A DNA stretch of 63,962 nt, counting the filler, from Barthelona sp. PAP020 (taxonomy: Eukaryota), in assembly GCA_040182905.1 (NCBI GenBank). It is 4 parts of 4 records of this genome, joined end to end, with 100 filler letters (N's around TTAATTAATTAA, not from the genome) between each part and the next. Parts side by side here need not be neighbours in the genome. Positions count along the whole stretch, not along the records: positions 33,032 to 49,393 come from JARQWU010000263.1; positions 49,494 to 63,962 come from JARQWU010000300.1; 2 more parts are not named here. One strand, written 5' to 3'. A program made the translations under genes and the position numbers. Position 1 is the first letter of the stretch; every line of letters begins with the position of its first letter. Under the pieces are notes generated by a model, which saw only the letters and a list, made by a program, of their open reading frames with translations, made no database searches and was not told the origin of the DNA. Below, piece after piece: positions 42,501 to 52,512 of the stretch.

Positions 42501-44218
42501 ATTGGCGATAAATTTGTTAATTTGGAAAAAGAAAGTCCAGACTCTGTAAAAGCCGAATAAAATTGGGAAAATTGAAATTGACAAAAATTTCCACCATATT
42601 GAATGTTCTTTTTACAAATTTCTTCATCTAAAAATGACACTATCATTATAAATTCTCTGGAACCAATCCAAAGACCATTATTTACCAAAGATATAATCAC
42701 TCCAGATGTTTTCTGAAGATTGGAATGGGTTAAAATTTGTGATATAACGTTTTGAGAAATTTTGGAATGATTAACAAGTTTATTCACAAACATTTCTCCT
42801 TGTTGTGTATCAAACAATGATTTGGAATGTTCTGGAAACATGCTTGCCAGAATTAAAATATTTTCGGGTTCTTGATTCTTCATTAGCAAGTTTAAATGAT
42901 TTTCAACGAATGAATCAGTATTTTCAGGACAAGATTCATGATAATCGAGGAAATGTTTGGTTGAAAAGAAGTCCAGCATGTTTCCACCATTATTTGCATT
43001 TTTCAAAACAATTTCAAAATCAACTTCCATGAATTCTTTTGCTTCTTCAGCTGAAAGCCAAATTCCTGATGATAAGAGATCAACAATTGCAGTGTCTGTA
43101 TGGTCTACATATTCAGCAAGAAGATAAGATACAACATTCCCATCGGGTTTTGAAAGGTCAATAAGGTTTGTTTTATAAGGTTCAATGAGATTTGAAGTAT
43201 CGAAAAAGAACTTAAATATCTTGATTGTTTTGACATCAGATTGAATATTCTTAAATGATATGATATTCATGTCATGTGAAATATCTGAGCAAAAGAAATT
43301 TTTCGAAATGTCAAAATCATCAGAAATCAAAACATCTAAATCATCGTTGTGATTCTCTTGTTTACGAGAGGGACTTTTAAAACCACGATCACAATAAATT
43401 CTTTGAATCTCCTTAAAACTATCCACATCATATAACGTAATGAAGCCATCAATAGAAAAGATAAGTAGAACACTTTTGGTTAAGAAATGAAGGTAATGCA
43501 CATATTCACCAATATTAAAAGTGTGAAGAAGCGACCCATCATCCAAGTCCATGAGTTTAACTTGCTTTGAAATATTACCTGCAGCAATAACTCTTCTATT
43601 TGAGCTGGAGTTAATAACTCCAATATGCTCATCCTGATTAAACCCATACATGCAAACAACAGTAAAATCATCAATGTCAATTAACAAAATAGCGTTTGTG
43701 CCATTTATTACGAGATGTTTAGTTTCTGTTGAAAGACTAACTACAGTTTGCTGCAAATATTCTTTTCTCAAAACAACTTTACCTTTCAAAGTACACTTCT
43801 TAAGAACTCCATTATCATCACAAATGTAAAAGTAATTGGAACAATGTGAAAAACAGAATTTACCTGAGCACCTAAATTTACCACTCAAAGAAAAATCGGC
43901 AAGGTGGTAGATAAAAATAGAGGAAAAACATGCAGCGGCAAACATTTGTCCGTTTGGTGAAATAACTACATAATCAATATCAAGTGACAGTTTCAAAGAT
44001 CGAGTCACTTTCTCAGTACGGGCATCAATCACATGAACAAAAGAATCACTCTTATAGGAACTAGCAACTAGTAATTGTTTTCCGTCGGGAAAGCATTTTA
44101 AATCCAAAAAACTGCCATCATAGTTGCTAATTGACTTTCGAGTACCTCTATCAATTAAGAGACTAAACACACTAAGAGAATTTTCGACAATTAATTCATC
44201 AATTGAATCAGCAGACAT
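39566..44218 (-). CDS. WD40 - 2x novel 'GGN' domain - coiled coil - atypical protein kinase - HECT-like N-lobe protein (~1550 aa)
   Basis: WD40 N-terminus paralogous to 15469; kinase motifs RFIK, RREL, WRDAKPQN, CDFA, GTTFYMDP, DIFSLG; C-terminal PVNHANFDEFI...MRSAF...EDLITMC; ATG at 44218. Confidence 0.8.
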   Translation of the reverse strand: MSADSIDELIVENSLSVFSLLIDRGTRKSISNYDGSFLDLKCFPDGKQLLVASSYKSDSFVHVIDARTEKVTRSLKLSLDIDYVVISPNGQMFAAACFSSIFIYHLADFSLSGKFRCSGKFCFSHCSNYFYICDDNGVLKKCTLKGKVVLRKEYLQQTVVSLSTETKHLVINGTNAILLIDIDDFTVVCMYGFNQDEHIGVINSSSNRRVIAAGNISKQVKLMDLDDGSLLHTFNIGEYVHYLHFLTKSVLLIFSIDGFITLYDVDSFKEIQRIYCDRGFKSPSRKQENHNDDLDVLISDDFDISKNFFCSDISHDMNIISFKNIQSDVKTIKIFKFFFDTSNLIEPYKTNLIDLSKPDGNVVSYLLAEYVDHTDTAIVDLLSSGIWLSAEEAKEFMEVDFEIVLKNANNGGNMLDFFSTKHFLDYHESCPENTDSFVENHLNLLMKNQEPENILILASMFPEHSKSLFDTQQGEMFVNKLVNHSKISQNVISQILTHSNLQKTSGVIISLVNNGLWIGSREFIMIVSFLDEEICKKNIQYGGNFCQFQFSQFYSAFTESGLSFSKLTNLSPIDHLEELNMLFDFLIENKMSFNLVNASDLSVFLEIHSILTKLVFEKVVPYLSETCRLAFLEILPKNIIFQYPAIVKPFSQKIEMICDLNEENRLLWEEIRQQNLRIDLLLEKEKFFAKEVEQQNISNKNLSIQLERVTSVVASLIQNQSTNLYSQNRETEQSNEQSFQDSPIEELKTELETAVSWAKQLVKITIEESVEPLKSLTSTQLINMSKKAVDAYNEFYKSDSRRLLDPSIKNEIHEVIQEIELNIDLVGRIFVSEIKHILELKPLESFGLPKNFVAFKEVLHKFIESTLETSPIAQLYQQDIDNLEECILTIVESSYDSYMLLYSKETYPYHHVAEELEDYLRKILTFEEAVAEVQKLHPLIQKQQQYMMNAYSELQRAINANKRRSKDKKLLKAYKTAQEQLENMYEQVVALKGIIPNHLVQALMNCIQDPELIADVCKRISITEISSSLINVVSTDLYYPDVISKLQQQESIFCLKKSVNDRFIKFYDLPFLGDEKLDENEDENDEDENEFNEIQIKAIRRELRVLTKNRSPNIVSLNRIVFVVDEESDVIALALELEKAPMDLEQYLNRYNPDRTTLLWIFEQVCVGLHQLHDRDIIWRDAKPQNVLVWVESDAKVTRVALCDFATAYQTEGTMSSGTIIQGTTFYMDPFAISNNGINASMDIFSLGKLLIRMFYPDLLKENCVKIQNYFENAVEDADELCEIILQCITFNIEQRISLKQLERKIFDVHKSTTQQICSSHIVDILANFNFNMEVGEPLIVEQGCDEEFSVFFERSFTLENVTKHILFRNSSQSEPLTLLSFIDWLVDNPTALNFIGETIGSSFKLDNDVEKSTLCSLSYFILHCFVHRVKIPISLLGPTPFGLISTDSLTMFDVVDRGLCLKVFPSLKPFVYQFYSTDLAEFNFKSLGFEPKPVNHANFDEFIDLSIKKHVSKYRLIAETMRSAFLEFSSLATDLAICGFEDLITMCVV

Positions 44219-45029
44219 GTGAAATTTCAAAATATTAAAATTGACAAAAGAAAAGAAGCAGGGGAATTCAGAAATCTTCAATTTTTTTTGAGATTTAAAC
44301 TTTCAAAAAATCTCCTTCACTGTATTTTATTATGTTAAAAGATTCAAAGAATGTCTAAATTTTTTTCGTTTGGTTGAATTTCGCTTCCTTTGTTGATTTG
44401 CAGTCAAGGAACTCAATTTGCTTATTACCCCATTATCCCACTCTTATTAGTGAATTAAGGATATATATTTTCACTTTTGATTGTCTTTTCGATTAACATT
44501 GATGGCTTTTTTTTTTACGATTGGGCTTATTTTGTTGCCATTTCATTTAAATTAGATTTTTGTTGACTTCATCCTTTATGTACCGATATTTTGGAACTTT
44601 TTTATCCATTTAACCATCTAAAAATATTTTTCATGGTTTCACGATTTTTTTTTACATATGCACCCAGTAATTCAAAATAGCATAATGCGGCAATACTTAA
44701 TGTCGTTGGAAAATAATCCATTTTTATGATAAACTGTTTCTATTCTTTCTTTTTATTCATGCACTAAATTTCGCAGTATTTTTCTCTGAGTTAATAGCGA
44801 AGGAAGAACAAAAATCGTTGACATATTATTTTTAGTCTCGTGACATTTTTTACAACAGAATTCAAGTGAAAGCCTCAAAAAGATTTAGAGGTTTTGAAAA
44901 TGAAAAAAAATATGATGAAAAAAAACAAATTTTATAGAACAATTCTTTGTATATCAGTTAATATGTGCATTCACATTATTTGATGAAATCTAATTCCAAC
45001 ATTCAACCACCTGTTCAAAAATCAAAATT

Positions 45030-48000
45030 TCACACAATTTGTTTAGAATGAATCTTTTGCAAGATCTCTTCCACACTATTTGAGATATTCATTTGAAAAG
45101 TTTTAAATTCGTCCATGTCATAATATTCAGGAGACTCATCCAAATCATTAATAAATTTTGAACAATGCACATAATCACTTTCGAATTCCAACAAACATCC
45201 TAACTTTGGTGAATCAATTGATAATAAACAATTGATGATGGCTAAACTAGGCAACAGAAACGTTCTGATGTTATTATCAACAATGAATTCATTTGTGGTT
45301 CTGAAGATTTTGTTGATAAAGGGAACAATATTAGAGCCTTCGATAAGATCAATTATCTCATCCTCAGAACCCATAAAACTGATCACAGATTGCAAAAATC
45401 TCAAATTATGGATATTGTTGTTGTCACTATCATCCAGAAAGGCAATACTCAGATGTAAACAATTGTGTCCAAGTGGATCCTTAGCAAAGAAGTGTTTTGC
45501 AAGAGGGGAATGGAAAGTGATGATGCTCAATAATTTCAAAAAGTATTGTACAATTTGCACAGTAGATTCGTTCTTTAGGATATCATAACTGTTGCTTAAG
45601 ATGAACATAATGGTTTGGTTTAAGCCTAATGTGGTGTGAGTTGTGGAAAGATTGGTTGTCATTGTATCTTCAAAAGGAGAATATGTGGATTTAGCAAGAT
45701 AAATCTCAAAGACATTACATAACAATTTTAAACAAATGAATCTAACGTTGATAACATCGACATTGGCATTATCAACAGTGTCAAAATTAACAATAATATT
45801 ACACAAATTTAAAGGCAATGTTGGAATGAATTCATAAGAAAATTGCATTAAAATGTTAAAATTGTCAACGAAAATTGAAACGAAATTCAAAAAGTTCTCA
45901 AAAGTTTCGAAATTTTTTTCTTCAAAACTTTTGGAAAAGTTCAACATTATTTTATCCAAGATTTGTTTATCAAATATTTTGAAGATATAAGGAGGAGAAA
46001 CCAATTGAAATTGAATTTCTTTCGATAAGAGAGAAACATCATCTATTGTAGAGGATAAAATATTTTTCAGGTTAGAAATTAATAAATTGAAAGAATCATC
46101 AACAATAGCAATGTCATTTTTATTTGCTAATGTATCAAACAAAGATTTCATCGAGCCATCCAATAAGATTGTTAAAACATCTGGATAAATATGAAAGACA
46201 ATGGTTATAAACAATGTGATCTGTGCTAGATCAACGCTAGCAATATCATATATGTTGCTAAGGATGATCTGAATCAGGGAATATATATAATTTTTGGCAA
46301 ATATCTTGCTACTGCTGATCAGACTCAAAGTACCAATGATGTCTAGCAAAATTTTGAAATCTAACTCATTTAAATTAATTTTTTCAAGAAAAAAACTGAA
46401 TTCAAAATCAATTTCTTCATTTCCTAACAATAAACTTCTTAATAAAACTTGAAAAATAAACGCTATTTGTCTATTACTATGAATAACGTTCATTTTTAAA
46501 TTATGAATAACACTTAAAACATAATTCGAAGATATTAATTTCATAAATCTAGTCTTTGTTAGCAAATTAGCAATAATATGCGATGCTAATTCTCCATACA
46601 CAGCATTGCTATCAACAGATAATTTTAATAGAGGTTGAATCTTAATCAACATCTGATCCAAAAATAATTCAGTCAAATCATCTGTACATGCAAGATAAAA
46701 CAATAACTCTCCTAAAGCAATCAAAGCTAACTTTCTAAAAGACATCTGACCAGATTGAGAGATAGATAACAATTGTTCAATGTAAATTAATAGGTTAGCA
46801 TCAATCGTGATAGATACTGAATTTCGAAAAATTATTGCTATAATCTCAAGAGAAGTTCTAGCAATATTACCATGCGAATTTAAAGTAATTGGACACAAAC
46901 GCTCATTGTGTGATAAATACTCATGAAATGGTAACAAATCAAAAAGATATAACAACAATTCAGAAGAACTGATAAAACTTGCAACCTTTCCAACACATAC
47001 TGCAGTTATCAAATAGCTTAAAATATTTTGCAGATGCTTACGAGTTATTCTCTTTGGATCACATAAAACGTTGTATATTTGAGTCAAGAACACTTCTAAT
47101 TGTGTGTTGGACAAAGATTGTAATTCAGGTATACTTAATGGTTTAAACCCCATGTTGATGTACATTGGACGAGATCGCTTTTGATGTGTGGCAACAATCT
47201 TCGATGGCTTGGATACAGGGTCAACTAATAATCCCGTTAACGATACCCAAGTGGCTACAGTTCCATCTGGTAATTTTGATTTGGTAATTTCTTCAAACTT
47301 TCTCACCTTCATTGTGGAATGACGGTCAACATTTGTCTCGTTAATAGCTTTGGATTCTTCAGGGATGGAACCAATGTCTTCATCAATTTCATTATCAGAA
47401 CTAGTGTTGGAAAGAATTGTTGCAGAAGGACCACGCAGCGTAGAAACTTGGGCATTTAATATTTTAGACTGTTCTTCAATGTCTGATAAATCAGACTCAG
47501 TTTTTTGATGATTCTTATTGGTTGAAGATAATTTTCCAGAAGTCCCACCACTACTAACGTTCTCATTATCTTTTGCTACAATTGGAGGTGAATTAGCCTC
47601 AAAAACTTTCAACATGGGAGCTGGTGTATCAGTTTGAACAGGTGCAGCTCCAAACAAACGAGGAGTGATGATTGGCAAACAATTCTGAACCACGCTTGGA
47701 ATTTCTACACTAAGATCTAAGACTTCATTGAAGATCGGATGATTACCAAGCCATTTCCAATCTTTCCTTTTGGTTCGATCAATATTTAGCAAAGTTTGTA
47801 AAAGATCTTCAAGCATTGCAGAACAACTAATAAAACTGCTGTTCAAATCAAGATTTTCCAAGACAGGAACTTCACCAAAATATAGTTGATAAATAAACAC
47901 ACCAAAAGCATAGAAATCAGAAGAAATATCTGGTTTAGCATCATCGTTAATAAATTCTGGAGCAACTAAGGAAGGATATGTCTCAATCAAATATTTACAA

Positions 48001-48479
48001 TATGCTACTGGTGTCTCCTTCTCCATACATAAAGCATCACCAATGTCACATATATTCAAATCACCATCTGTTGAAAACATAATGGAAGTCAATGGCAAAA
48101 CATTCATAAATATTGAATTTTCATGTAAAATTCGCATGAACTTTCGAATTTTGGAAATTATAAATATAAACAGATCGTTTTGAATGGTTTTATCATCTTT
48201 TAAAATCACATCCAAACTCACTCCAAATAAAAAAGGTTGCGCAATCCAATAATGATTTTTTGTTTCATGAAAGGATTTAATTGGCAATAAGTATCTATCT
48301 TGTGTTTTTTCTGCAATAATTCTAATAATTTGCACTTCACTTAAAACCCTCCTTCTCCAAGCTTTAGGAAATCTTCTAAATACAATATACTCTCTAGTTT
48401 TTTTTGTTCTACATTTGCTTATTTCTGCATGAGAGCCTTGTCGTATTGTTTTTAATATATGATAATCCAAAATTTTCAT
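45030..48479 (-). CDS. ULK4: ULK4/RUNKEL-like pseudokinase with HEAT/ARM C-terminus
   Basis: SFHETKNHYWI, SLDVILKDD, LVAPEF, SDFYAFG; catalytic K/HRD/DFG motifs degenerate; ALGELLFYLA motif. Confidence 0.85.
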   Translation of the reverse strand: MKILDYHILKTIRQGSHAEISKCRTKKTREYIVFRRFPKAWRRRVLSEVQIIRIIAEKTQDRYLLPIKSFHETKNHYWIAQPFLFGVSLDVILKDDKTIQNDLFIFIISKIRKFMRILHENSIFMNVLPLTSIMFSTDGDLNICDIGDALCMEKETPVAYCKYLIETYPSLVAPEFINDDAKPDISSDFYAFGVFIYQLYFGEVPVLENLDLNSSFISCSAMLEDLLQTLLNIDRTKRKDWKWLGNHPIFNEVLDLSVEIPSVVQNCLPIITPRLFGAAPVQTDTPAPMLKVFEANSPPIVAKDNENVSSGGTSGKLSSTNKNHQKTESDLSDIEEQSKILNAQVSTLRGPSATILSNTSSDNEIDEDIGSIPEESKAINETNVDRHSTMKVRKFEEITKSKLPDGTVATWVSLTGLLVDPVSKPSKIVATHQKRSRPMYINMGFKPLSIPELQSLSNTQLEVFLTQIYNVLCDPKRITRKHLQNILSYLITAVCVGKVASFISSSELLLYLFDLLPFHEYLSHNERLCPITLNSHGNIARTSLEIIAIIFRNSVSITIDANLLIYIEQLLSISQSGQMSFRKLALIALGELLFYLACTDDLTELFLDQMLIKIQPLLKLSVDSNAVYGELASHIIANLLTKTRFMKLISSNYVLSVIHNLKMNVIHSNRQIAFIFQVLLRSLLLGNEEIDFEFSFFLEKINLNELDFKILLDIIGTLSLISSSKIFAKNYIYSLIQIILSNIYDIASVDLAQITLFITIVFHIYPDVLTILLDGSMKSLFDTLANKNDIAIVDDSFNLLISNLKNILSSTIDDVSLLSKEIQFQLVSPPYIFKIFDKQILDKIMLNFSKSFEEKNFETFENFLNFVSIFVDNFNILMQFSYEFIPTLPLNLCNIIVNFDTVDNANVDVINVRFICLKLLCNVFEIYLAKSTYSPFEDTMTTNLSTTHTTLGLNQTIMFILSNSYDILKNESTVQIVQYFLKLLSIITFHSPLAKHFFAKDPLGHNCLHLSIAFLDDSDNNNIHNLRFLQSVISFMGSEDEIIDLIEGSNIVPFINKIFRTTNEFIVDNNIRTFLLPSLAIINCLLSIDSPKLGCLLEFESDYVHCSKFINDLDESPEYYDMDEFKTFQMNISNSVEEILQKIHSKQIV

Positions 48480-49120
48480 CCTCCTCCGTTATTTTTCATT
48501 CAATAAAAAGATGAAATTCTTTAAAGAAAAAAAATTATTTGTTGTATAAATTTTTCACTTTTATTGTTGTGTCTATTTTATTTATTTATTTTATGGAATG
48601 TTTTTTTGTTTATTTTATTTTTGAGTCTTTCAAAAATACAAAAATAAATGGGATTTGTTTTTTTTTCTGTTTTTGATATTTCCTTCTTCAAGGTCAGAAA
48701 AATTTTGACTCTTTGATTTTTATTGATTCAAAAAATCATTTACATAAAAAAAAAATTGACCTATTGGAGTTTTCCAAAAAAATGGTATTTTGTCTGGCAA
48801 AATTTTACAAATTGTGTTCTCTTTCAAGGGTTAAAATATCAAGTTTACTGTTTTTTTCATTATTTGAAAAGGAGTCCTCAAACAACCATAAGTTTCAATC
48901 TGCAAGCAAAAGAATGGGTCAAGAAAAGGTTTTTTTTTCAACCGTTTTTTTATTGCTTCTGAAACCTAGATATTAAAAGGGTTCGAAAAGCGAACAGATT
49001 TCACACAAAAGACAATATAAATGTGTTCAAGGTTTTTTTTTGCAATTTCTGATATTAATGGGTATCAAAATTGAAAAGCTCTAGTAATAATAAACGAAAT
49101 CGTAAGAATTCAAAGATTAA

Positions 49121-49393
49121 GGATATAAGCAAATAGATTAGGTCAACAAAGAATATCAAAGTCCTACAAAGAGAACCAAAGTGGAGACATTTAAAGTGAA
49201 TCAAGGGGCTGAAGGAAAGTATTAAACTTTTATTTAGATAATCGCCCCATCTAAACCGGAAGCATTTCTTTTTTTTTCAGAGTTTTCTGAATCTTCCACG
49301 CAAACCGACTCAGTTTCAAGTACCCCCAAACTCTAACCGAGAACAATAAAGATCTTTATAAACATTTATTATTAATTGTGAAGCGCAGCGGAC
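49121..49393 (-). repeat. Decayed interspersed repeat, family A (copy 4), at contig end
   Basis: Bridges copies 1 and 2: aligns to 14871-14980 on the same strand and to 86-424 on the opposite strand. Confidence 0.6.
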
Positions 49394-49493
49394 NNNNNNN
49401 NNNNNNNNNNNNNNNNNNNNNNNNNNNNNNNNNNNNNTTAATTAATTAANNNNNNNNNNNNNNNNNNNNNNNNNNNNNNNNNNNNNNNNNNNN
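49394..49493. other. Artificial contig spacer
   Basis: N44-TTAATTAATTAA-N44. Confidence 0.97.
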
Positions 49494-49886
49494 TTTATTG
49501 AAGGTGAAGGTGCCAGAACTGCTGTCAAATTAAAAGCTGAAGGATTTAAGATGAAAACTATTAATATGGGTTTGGCAGAACAAGAATCTGCCAGAAAAAT
49601 ATCTGAAGGTCGTGCCAAAGCCAAAATTGAAGTTGCTTCCGCTGAAGCCACTGCCTTATCCACATTAAGAGCTGCCGTATTACCTGACGGATTAGACTAT
49701 ACTGATTTTGTGTTAACAAGAAGGTTGATTACCAGTTTAAAGAATGCAAATGACAAAGCCAAACAAAACTTCATTTTCCCCTTACCTGCAAACGTTTTTT
49801 CGTTATTGAACACAATTCAAGGTACTAATCAAGAGAAGTTTGCTTCTTTCGAAAGAAAAACTGCAGACTTTGGTGAACTTGATTAA
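49494..49886 (+). CDS. SPFH/band-7 (stomatin-like) protein, C-terminal fragment
   Basis: Frame open from the contig start: EGEGARTAVKLKAEG...ISEGRAKAKIEVASAEATAL, the AEG/AEA coiled coil of stomatin-like proteins. Confidence 0.7.
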   Translation, partial: FIEGEGARTAVKLKAEGFKMKTINMGLAEQESARKISEGRAKAKIEVASAEATALSTLRAAVLPDGLDYTDFVLTRRLITSLKNANDKAKQNFIFPLPANVFSLLNTIQGTNQEKFASFERKTADFGELD

Positions 49887-50142
49887 TTTCTTTGTTATTC
49901 TTTTGAATACAAGTTTGTTTGCGAATTTGTGGTTTTAATTTTATTGTAGAGTACACATATGGTGATTTATTTATTTTTTAAATGTTGTTTTGATAAATTT
50001 TTAGTGATTAAATTTTTTTTTTTTTTGTCAAAAATTTGATTATTGGTTATCAATTTTGGCATGGTGTCATTTCTATTCAAGAAAATCTGAATTCTAACAA
50101 ATTTATGTTTGTTCCAAAACTGATTTTTGCAAGCTTTTTTTA

Positions 50143-51636
50143 ATGGTTATGATTGATATTTCAAATCAAAGACTATCTGAATTGAAAAAATTTTATGAAC
50201 TTATTAATGAAAATGATCTTTTGAACTTTGGGTCAATTTTAAGAGAAAGTAATGTGATTAATGTCAATTTTAAGCATCAAAGAGATATATTTTTCACTAA
50301 TTTGTTTTACTACTGTTTAAACAATTCAAAATTTTCATTTCTGATAGTTCTATTGAATTATGATTTTAAATTAGCTTTTCATGAGAGTGCTGTTGGGAAC
50401 AAAGAAGAAATTTTTGTTGGAGGATCTGTAAATGATATTACATACCATCCAAACAAATCTGTTTATGCTTTTTGTACAGAATGTCAAGTGATAATTTGTG
50501 ATTCCTTTGATAATATTATCAAAGAGTTCGATGTTGGTAAATTTATCTACGATTTAAAGTTTTCATTGGATGGTCGTTTTCTTTGTATCTGTGGTCGAGA
50601 TGGTCTGTTTCAAATATATTCATTTGTTTTGATTGATAAAAAGACATTCAGTGAAACCAATTTGAATTTGGAATTAAAACTGATTTACAGTTATGCGTCA
50701 AACGATTGCTTTTTTAAAGGCATTGTCTTTAATAACAATGATGTTATATCAATAAACACCAACTTTTCAGGACTTTATGTTTTTGATCTTGAGACATTTG
50801 AAAGAAAAAGTGTTCCTGCCTCCAAAAATTGGTTGGAAGAGATTTGTCTTTCTCCAGACTACCTAATTTGTTTAAATGCAGAAGATTGTGAACTTGAATT
50901 TATTTCACGTAAAGATTACAGTGAGCTCTTTTCATTGAATATCGATGATGATTGTTATTCCATTTGTGTCAATAATAAAGGATCAATGGTTGCTTTGCAG
51001 TATGAAAAGAAATTTGTTTTGATAGATATTTTTGAAAAGAAAGTCTTGACAGAAATTGTCCGTTCAAATTGTGAACTTGGTGCTTTTATCTCTTTTTATG
51101 ATGATTTTCATTTAATGATATTTTCTGAAGCATCTTATGAAAGTAATGCAGAGACTCATATACCTGCATATTTGGATATATTTTCCATTTATGGAGAGTT
51201 GATTCAAAAGATTGAAATGAGTGTTGATTATGTACATTCATCGACTTTCAATAGAGATTTAAACACCTTGTATGTTGCAGGAGGTCAAAATCTATTTCAA
51301 AGAATAGTCCAACATAAGTTGAACAAATTTGTTATTTCTCCAAAAATGTACAATTTTGGTGATGTTTTTTATTTTGAAATGATTGAGGCTTCACGTAAAA
51401 ATTATCATTTATTGAAAAAATTACTAGGCTTTGGATTGAAATTTGATAAATCTCATGTCATTAGAAAATTGGTTTCTGATGGAATATGTATATCCAAAGA
51501 TTTATTTTCTTCAATAATTGAATATTGTTGGGATCTACTTGATTTCAATGATATGAATGGTGGTAATGTTAAAAAATTTGCCTCTTTGCAAGAAAATAAA
51601 ACTTCAGATTCTGATAGTGAATTTGATGATGATTGA
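50143..51636 (+). CDS. Divergent WD40 protein with C-terminal 'GGN' domain
   Basis: VNDITYHP and IYDLKFSLDGRFLCICGRDGLFQIY repeats; C-terminal VIRKLVSDGICI...NDMNGGN shared with 39566-44218. Confidence 0.75.
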   Translation: MVMIDISNQRLSELKKFYELINENDLLNFGSILRESNVINVNFKHQRDIFFTNLFYYCLNNSKFSFLIVLLNYDFKLAFHESAVGNKEEIFVGGSVNDITYHPNKSVYAFCTECQVIICDSFDNIIKEFDVGKFIYDLKFSLDGRFLCICGRDGLFQIYSFVLIDKKTFSETNLNLELKLIYSYASNDCFFKGIVFNNNDVISINTNFSGLYVFDLETFERKSVPASKNWLEEICLSPDYLICLNAEDCELEFISRKDYSELFSLNIDDDCYSICVNNKGSMVALQYEKKFVLIDIFEKKVLTEIVRSNCELGAFISFYDDFHLMIFSEASYESNAETHIPAYLDIFSIYGELIQKIEMSVDYVHSSTFNRDLNTLYVAGGQNLFQRIVQHKLNKFVISPKMYNFGDVFYFEMIEASRKNYHLLKKLLGFGLKFDKSHVIRKLVSDGICISKDLFSSIIEYCWDLLDFNDMNGGNVKKFASLQENKTSDSDSEFDDD

Positions 51637-51878
51637 ATGATTTAAAACAATATAAATTACTTTAATTTTTTTTTTATTGTCGTAATTGTTTTAGATTATT
51701 GTTTTGCCATCAAATAATAGTGTTTATTTGATGGATTTTGGAAAATGAATTTTTCTCGTTTTGTTTTTGTTTTGAGAATCACTTTGCGTCTTTTAAACAT
51801 ATAAATAATTAATATAATCTTTTGTAAATATTTTATTCAGGGGAAAGGTCAATGAAAAATTAATAATTTTTCTTTTTA

Positions 51879-52460
51879 ATGGATGACGCTATCGATAGTT
51901 ATTTAAGTCATGCAATATTAGTAATTGCAAATGTGTTTGGAATATCAGAAATATCAGAAAGATGTTTTGCTTCTTTAATTGATCATGTTAGACAGATATT
52001 TGTTACTTTTGCAAATGATTATTCTGAGATTCAGAAACAAAATCAAGATGATATAATAAATGATCCAAATTATGAATTATTAATTGCTTTACAAGTATTT
52101 AAAAAAAATGATTTGATCATAAATGATTTTATTCAATATATAGATTCTATTGATGAAACAACTATTGGTAAGCCAACTAGGGGAATTTATTCAGGTTTTC
52201 CCAATGAATCAATAGTTGATTCAAATCATATTTTTTTTCCAAAGGATGAAATTTTCGTTGACAAATTAGTTTCTAATAATGATAATAATGAATTGTCTTT
52301 GATACCTCCTTCAATTGATTCTGTAAATTTTCAAGAAGTATCACTAGGTTTTGAAATTGAAACCAAACGTGTTGTTAAAGAAGTTAAATTATCTGTACCT
52401 CCTGATCGTTTGGAATTAAATGAAAATGTATTAGATTGGAAACGACATAAATTAGAATAA
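51879..52460 (+). CDS. BTP (bromodomain-associated) histone-fold protein, TAF8/TAF3-like
   Basis: YLSHAILVIANVFGISEISERCFASLIDHVRQIF fits BTP histone-fold helices 1-2. Confidence 0.55.
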   Translation: MDDAIDSYLSHAILVIANVFGISEISERCFASLIDHVRQIFVTFANDYSEIQKQNQDDIINDPNYELLIALQVFKKNDLIINDFIQYIDSIDETTIGKPTRGIYSGFPNESIVDSNHIFFPKDEIFVDKLVSNNDNNELSLIPPSIDSVNFQEVSLGFEIETKRVVKEVKLSVPPDRLELNENVLDWKRHKLE

Positions 52461-52512
52461 TTTTTTTATTTATTTTATTTTTCTGAACGTTTTGAAAGAA
52501 AGATATGACAAA

